Assembly (NCBI RefSeq): GCF_011386835.1
Contig: NC_088800.1
Coordinates: 1,178,001 to 1,242,000 of the forward strand
Direction of reading: 5' to 3'
From: Chrysemys picta bellii
Taxonomy: Eukaryota
DNA length: 64,000 bases
Positions 59,148 through 64,000 of the stretch are shown one piece after another. Made by a program: the position numbers and the translations under genes. The stretch's first letter is position 1, and each line of letters starts with the position of its first letter. The notes beneath the pieces are model-generated. The model saw only the letters and a program-made list of their open reading frames with translations. It made no database searches and had not been told where the DNA came from.

Positions 59148-62100
59148 GGATTAAATTATATAGTAGAAACCTTTTACAAACAAAACAAGTTTAAAATCAC
59201 AAACTCCCTCCAGAGAGGAACTGACCGGCCGTTCTGAAACGCTCCCATCCTCCTCCGTTGAGAATATCATGAGCAAAGAAGGCTATTGCAACAACCCGTA
59301 TGAAGCAGGTGCAGCTCGACAGGATCAAGAGAAGAAACCTGGACTATGTCACACACCTCTCAAGGCAATTTGGAGATGAAGGGAAGACGATGGCATAATT
59401 GCATGAGACAAGCAAGCACCAGGGAAAGGAATAAAATGGTCCTTGGATAACATCAAAGGAGAGTGTGTGAGATACCAGCCCGGGTGACAGGACTGGCAAA
59501 CCAGCACAAGCACTGATTACCCATGGCAGACAGGGCTATCTGCTCCTAGCAGAATGGCTGCTGATGAAGAGAGAGTGCCCCTGAGTTTCACAAATACCAG
59601 CTCAGATTTCCACGGGAAAGACTTTATAAACATGCGTCTGCAAAACAGCTATGAAAATATTTGTTTGTTTAATTTATAACTGACGTAAGGAAGAAGACAA
59701 GACTGTCTCTCGGGGGCTGCAAGTACCTTTGAGCTAATTAGAAGCACAATGACATCACTGACAAACCCAACAGCTTCCTTTCACCCCAGGCCCAGAAAAT
59801 AACCCAGTGCAGGTGAATACCAATGCCAAAGAATCCCCCACCTCACCCACAATCCCAGCCTTGCCCAAGAGCCTGCTGGAGAGATGATGGGCCTTCAGGA
59901 TACCTACTGCCAGCAACATCCGTGTACAGTCACACTCCCTTCGGGACACATGGATTCTGTGCGGGGTCACGCCAGCGGCTAGAACCAGAAACCAGAAATG
60001 CGTTGAACAAACGGATTGAAATGTCTGAACCGTGCAGCTTTGAAATGAACTGGTCGTGTTGCTTTCCAATGCAAAGTGAAAACCTCCTGGAGAGAACTGG
60101 TCATTGGCTGCCTCCCTTCCAATGAGAATTTCTGACAGATGGTGAGTCAGATTCAACCTTTCCATAAGGCTCGAACTCTTTATCCTGATAACGCCACAGC
60201 CGCTCTCTCTGAAAGAAGATCCAATGAATGAGAGACACGTAACTAACACCAACTCCCCCCACACCCGCAATGTTGTTCTCTGTGTTCCTTGTTCCTAATG
60301 ATTAAAAACCTCCCTTGAAAGGGACCTTCCCTTCACCTGCTACAGACCCGAGAGCGAGTTCAGCTTTGCCTTAGCCAGATCCACTTTGTGGCATGTGGGA
60401 CACACGAACATCTCTCCACTGACTGGTTGCACTGTTGGTTTCCTTCCTTTGCACTGACCCGAGCAGTGTTTCTTCTGTAGTTCTCTTGTCTCAATGGCCC
60501 CAGGGCAAATCCATTCAGTTCACAGTGTTCTAGGTGCGAATGCAGTGTGGGATCTGAAAGTCAAGCTGGGCTCTTTCCTTCTCATGCATCAGCACAGCCA
60601 GGGGCTGCTGGAGAAGCTTGCTGGTGTACCCCTATGGCCCGGAGCAAGAGCTTTGCCTGAGTAAGGGCCAGTGCTAATTAATCAAGCAGCAAAAGGAACT
60701 GAAGAGAAGGGGGTGCCGATGGTGAGCGACAAACCACCGAAAACAGCACTGTTGGTACCAATTAGTCATCCACATTGGGGTGCCGAGCACCCGGTTCCTG
60801 GGCTGCTCAGACAGGCAAATGAAATGGGAGAAAACAGCACTAATAACATCTCCCTGCTGATCCCACAAGCCCTCCCCACTGCCCCTCTCTCACTTGCTTC
60901 TTTCCGTGAGATCGGATCATTTCAAAAGGGGCTGTCACTTCCCACCCTGTGCCACACTCGACCTTTGAGCGCCAACATGGAGTCAGAGCCTGCCCTCAGC
61001 GGCCCCAGCATACATCTGGAGACACTCGGTTGAAGCCAGTGATGGGATTCCTGAATTCACTGGTGGGACCAAGACCAGAATCCGGCCTGTTATTGACACT
61101 CTAGAAAGGGCTGGTGCTCGTCGTCTCCTGGTCTGTTTCTAAGTAAAGGAGTTCTGTCTTCTTCTTCCGCCCTGGTCTCTTGGTGTGGTCTCTGGAGGGG
61201 CCCAGCTTCTCCTGGCTGACCCAGCCGAGGGAGTGCCGGGACCTTCCCCTCTAATTACGGCTAGCCGCGCTTCCATCTCAGGGCTGGCCGTCTGCCTCAG
61301 TCTCTCGGTTGCTTTCTTGGAGGCAGGCTAGGGCAGGGTTGCCTCCCCTTAGTTGTCCCAGGCCTTTCTGCCTGTTCTTCCTTCTCTGCTCCCCCCTTCC
61401 TAGCAGGCCTTGTGGCCCCTCTCAGCTGCAGCTGCGGGTGCCTGTCTCCGGGACTGGCAGCTCAGGCAGCAGTGCGGGGGTGGAATCAGGCTGCTTGCTT
61501 GTAAACAGGCGAGGGTCTCCTCCCCCTCTGTCTCTGCTCAGCAAGGGGTTTGCACACCCGTCTGAACAAAGGCTGGCTGAATAATTCATGAAGAGCAATG
61601 TGCTGGCAATGCCCCTTCTCCGCTCACAGAGCTGCTAGTAACAGGTTGCAATTTTCTCACATTTGTTCATTATTCAAAGTCGTTTACTGGATCATCTCCG
61701 GCCATAATGCTTGGCCTGTCGTGTGCCTCCGAGCAGTTAATTGTGGGGTGCAGTGACGGAAGCGTGTGCTGTTCCGATTGCAGCCAAGGAGGACGTGTGC
61801 TGGTTCTGGTCCTTGGCCGGATGCGCATCATTCATGGAATCACGGTTCTAGGGCGAATTCTCAAGACTCTGAGTTTGAAATTCACATTCCAGGACTATTG
61901 GGTGATATTTGCCTGGAACCGGCTGCTTTGGCCCCCATCCCACCAGTGGACTGGTTTCCTTGGAGGAGTTGGGGAAGGGAATGCACAAGGGGTGCAGACA
62001 GAGCTGGAAGACCGATCTGAAGTGATTCCAAGAGTCCCCAAAAGTGTTTTTCAGCATCCACCTGGCTCCAGTTTGAACCTTGTCTGTCTTTCTAAACCAG

Positions 62101-62732
62101 TCATCGCCGTGGGCTTGACACCCAGGTAGCCAGCTCTCCCTACCTCCCCAACTAAGATGCAAAGAATACGGTCAGCTCCCATTACAACTAGACCCGCTTT
62201 GAATGCAGACAAGCAGCAGGGCAGGTGGAGAGCCAGGGAGCTAGAGAGGAAATGGTGACGAGCCGGCAGAGTTGCAGCCTTTAATTGTTTCTGTTTTGCT
62301 GCCTTTAGAATCCAGCCCAAGTGACGAAGGGTCCTGAGCTTCCTACAGTGGTTCCATAAGTGACAGCAGCAAACACAGAATAAATCCATGTGCCTCACCC
62401 TGGGCCCACCTTGGACTCCTCAGTGCTCTGGGCAGACTCCTGACAGACGCCCGTGTGGAATGGGCTGCGGGGTGCCAGCTCATGCGAGAGTCCCTGAGAC
62501 TCAGGGGAGCTCTGACAAGCACGCAGCTGGGCGCAGGGATTAGCATGGTAAGAATGTGGTTAGTATTCAGACTTGATTGAAAGCAGGCGAGTGGTTCATG
62601 ATAGCTGGATCCCATGTCGTAAGGGAGTATTTGAGCGGGTGAATTGTAAACTCCCGTGACTGTGTAAGGCACCACACAGGAGAGATGTTGTAGTACCTGT
62701 GTGAGAGAGACGAGGTGGGTGAGGTAATATCT

Positions 62733-62962
62733 TAAGAACATTAGAACGGCCAGACTGGGTCAGACCAAGGGTCCATCTAGCCCAGTATCCTGTCTCTGAC
62801 AGTTGCTGTCACCAGATGTTTCGCAGGGAATGATCAGAACAGGGCAATTTATTGGGTGATCCATCCCCTGGTGTCCAGTCCCAGCTTCTGGAAGTCAGAG
62901 GTTTAGGAACACCCAGAGGGGTTGCATCCCTGACCATCCTGGCTGATAGCTATCGATGGACC
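62733..62962 (-). mobile_element. CR1 LINE 3' end, interrupted by an LTR
   Basis: aagaacattagaacggccagactgggtcagaccaagggtccatctagcccag terminus; stops at gatggacc. Confidence 0.85.
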
Positions 62963-63445
62963 TGTCACGGACTCACAGATCGTGCCCACTCTTGGCCCCG
63001 TGCGGTCCGTGGGGGGTGCCCCTTTCAGTGCAACAGCCCTTCTCGGGGGTCCACTCTCTCTTGGGGTCAGGCCCCTCCACCTCCTGGAGCCGCACCTCTC
63101 TGAGCCTTAGCACGTCTGTCTCTGTCGTGGGCCCCCTCAGGGAGTCCACTCGCTCTGGACCCCCGGGGCCTCCACCCCCGAAGGGGTTGACGCAACCCTG
63201 TTCTCTAGACCGGAGTGACTCTCAGCCAGCATAAAACAGGAGGATTTATTGAGAGTTGAACACAGCACAGGAAACTCTCAGGGCCTCAGGCCTGACCTCC
63301 CTCAGCCCAGCACATCCCAGTCTCTGCATCCAGGTGGGCTCTGCCTGCTCCCCCTCTCCAGCCCCGAGCCCCCCTGCTCCCAGCTGGGCATCTGAGATCC
63401 CCGGCCCCAGGCCCCGCCTCTGTCCACTGTCTTCTCCCCCAGCTC
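62963..63445 (+). mobile_element. LTR fragment (right end not identified)
   Basis: Begins TGTCACGG directly after GGACC; shares motifs with the LTRs at 22521 and 33301 (gactctcagccagc). Confidence 0.65.
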
Positions 63446-64000
63446 TCCGTGTGTCTCTGGCTGCACTGGCTGCTCGAGTGATGCCAGGGGAGCACGGGCT
63501 GGATGCCGGTTGCTAAGACACACAGGAGTGAACCCACTATTTTCCAGCGGGAGCTTTCCAAACACTGAGCTTAGAAAAGTAAAACAGCCACAGCGTTTCC
63601 TTCCAGGCACCAGCTGAGCGGCCACATGCTTACATTCAGTGCCCGGATCCCAGTGGGATGGGTGGGTCCGCATTCGTACCTGGCGAGAACAGAGCTAACC
63701 ACTCCTGGTTCCCTCCACGAACTGATAACAACCCTGGACCAGAGATACTGGGGTTTGGGAACCCTCCTTTCTTGTGTGTTCATGGAGGTGTCTTCTAGTG
63801 CCCAGAGAGCTGTCACCCTGGGGGGACAGAGCTGGGGCGGGCCGGAGGGGGGCCCTCGGCTACCTTTGCTCCCCACTCACCCCTCCATGCCAGGGTGGGC
63901 CGGCCAGCAGTGCACAGAGTGCTTGGGAGAGCGGCTGATTTCTGCTAGTTCCAGGCCTCCGCTTTCATCTCGGACACAGGGAATCACTCAGGCCTTTGGG

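Noticed and set aside
59755-60270. 171-aa minus-strand ORF and scattered AP-1/CRE-like motifs
   Set aside because: No splice context or family similarity recognised; isolated short motifs are expected by chance
63710-63735. Partial resemblance (gaactgataa) to miR-184, which lies upstream of ANKRD34C in human
   Set aside because: Only about 10 nt match, the seed is absent and no hairpin is evident; I did not find the mature miR-184 sequence on either strand in this window

Overview
GC-rich vertebrate genomic DNA, almost certainly from a turtle (inferred from the turtle-type CR1, Penelope-like and hAT repeats). Gene order: last 7 coding exons of ANPEP (+), MESP2 (-, 2 exons), MESP1 (+, 2 exons, head-to-head with MESP2), a tail-bearing non-mammalian GnRH receptor (+, 3 coding exons, 399 aa, resembling the chicken type III receptor), TMED3 (-, 3 exons, 211 aa) and ANKRD34C (-, single coding exon, 533 aa). 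All splice junctions were read by hand as GT-AG with consistent phases. Most long ORFs in the supplied track are artefacts of GC-rich minisatellites. The main things the gene list does not explain: (1) MESP1 and MESP2 share a ~455-bp inverted tract with only 4 mismatches, indicating gene conversion and providing a substrate for an 8.3-kb inversion; (2) a third, orphan copy of the Mesp core promoter at 5941-6031 keeps the T-box palindrome but has lost the TATA-like box and has no bHLH behind it; (3) Penelope-like palindromes, one between the Mesp genes and one between TMED3 and ANKRD34C, carry minimal hammerhead-ribozyme motifs; (4) two different LTRs sit at the same nucleotide of two separate CR1 copies; (5) the MESP-GnRHR-TMED3-ANKRD34C linkage differs from the human arrangement. 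No database searches or folding programs were run; family and ortholog assignments rest on recognised motifs and remembered reference sequences.
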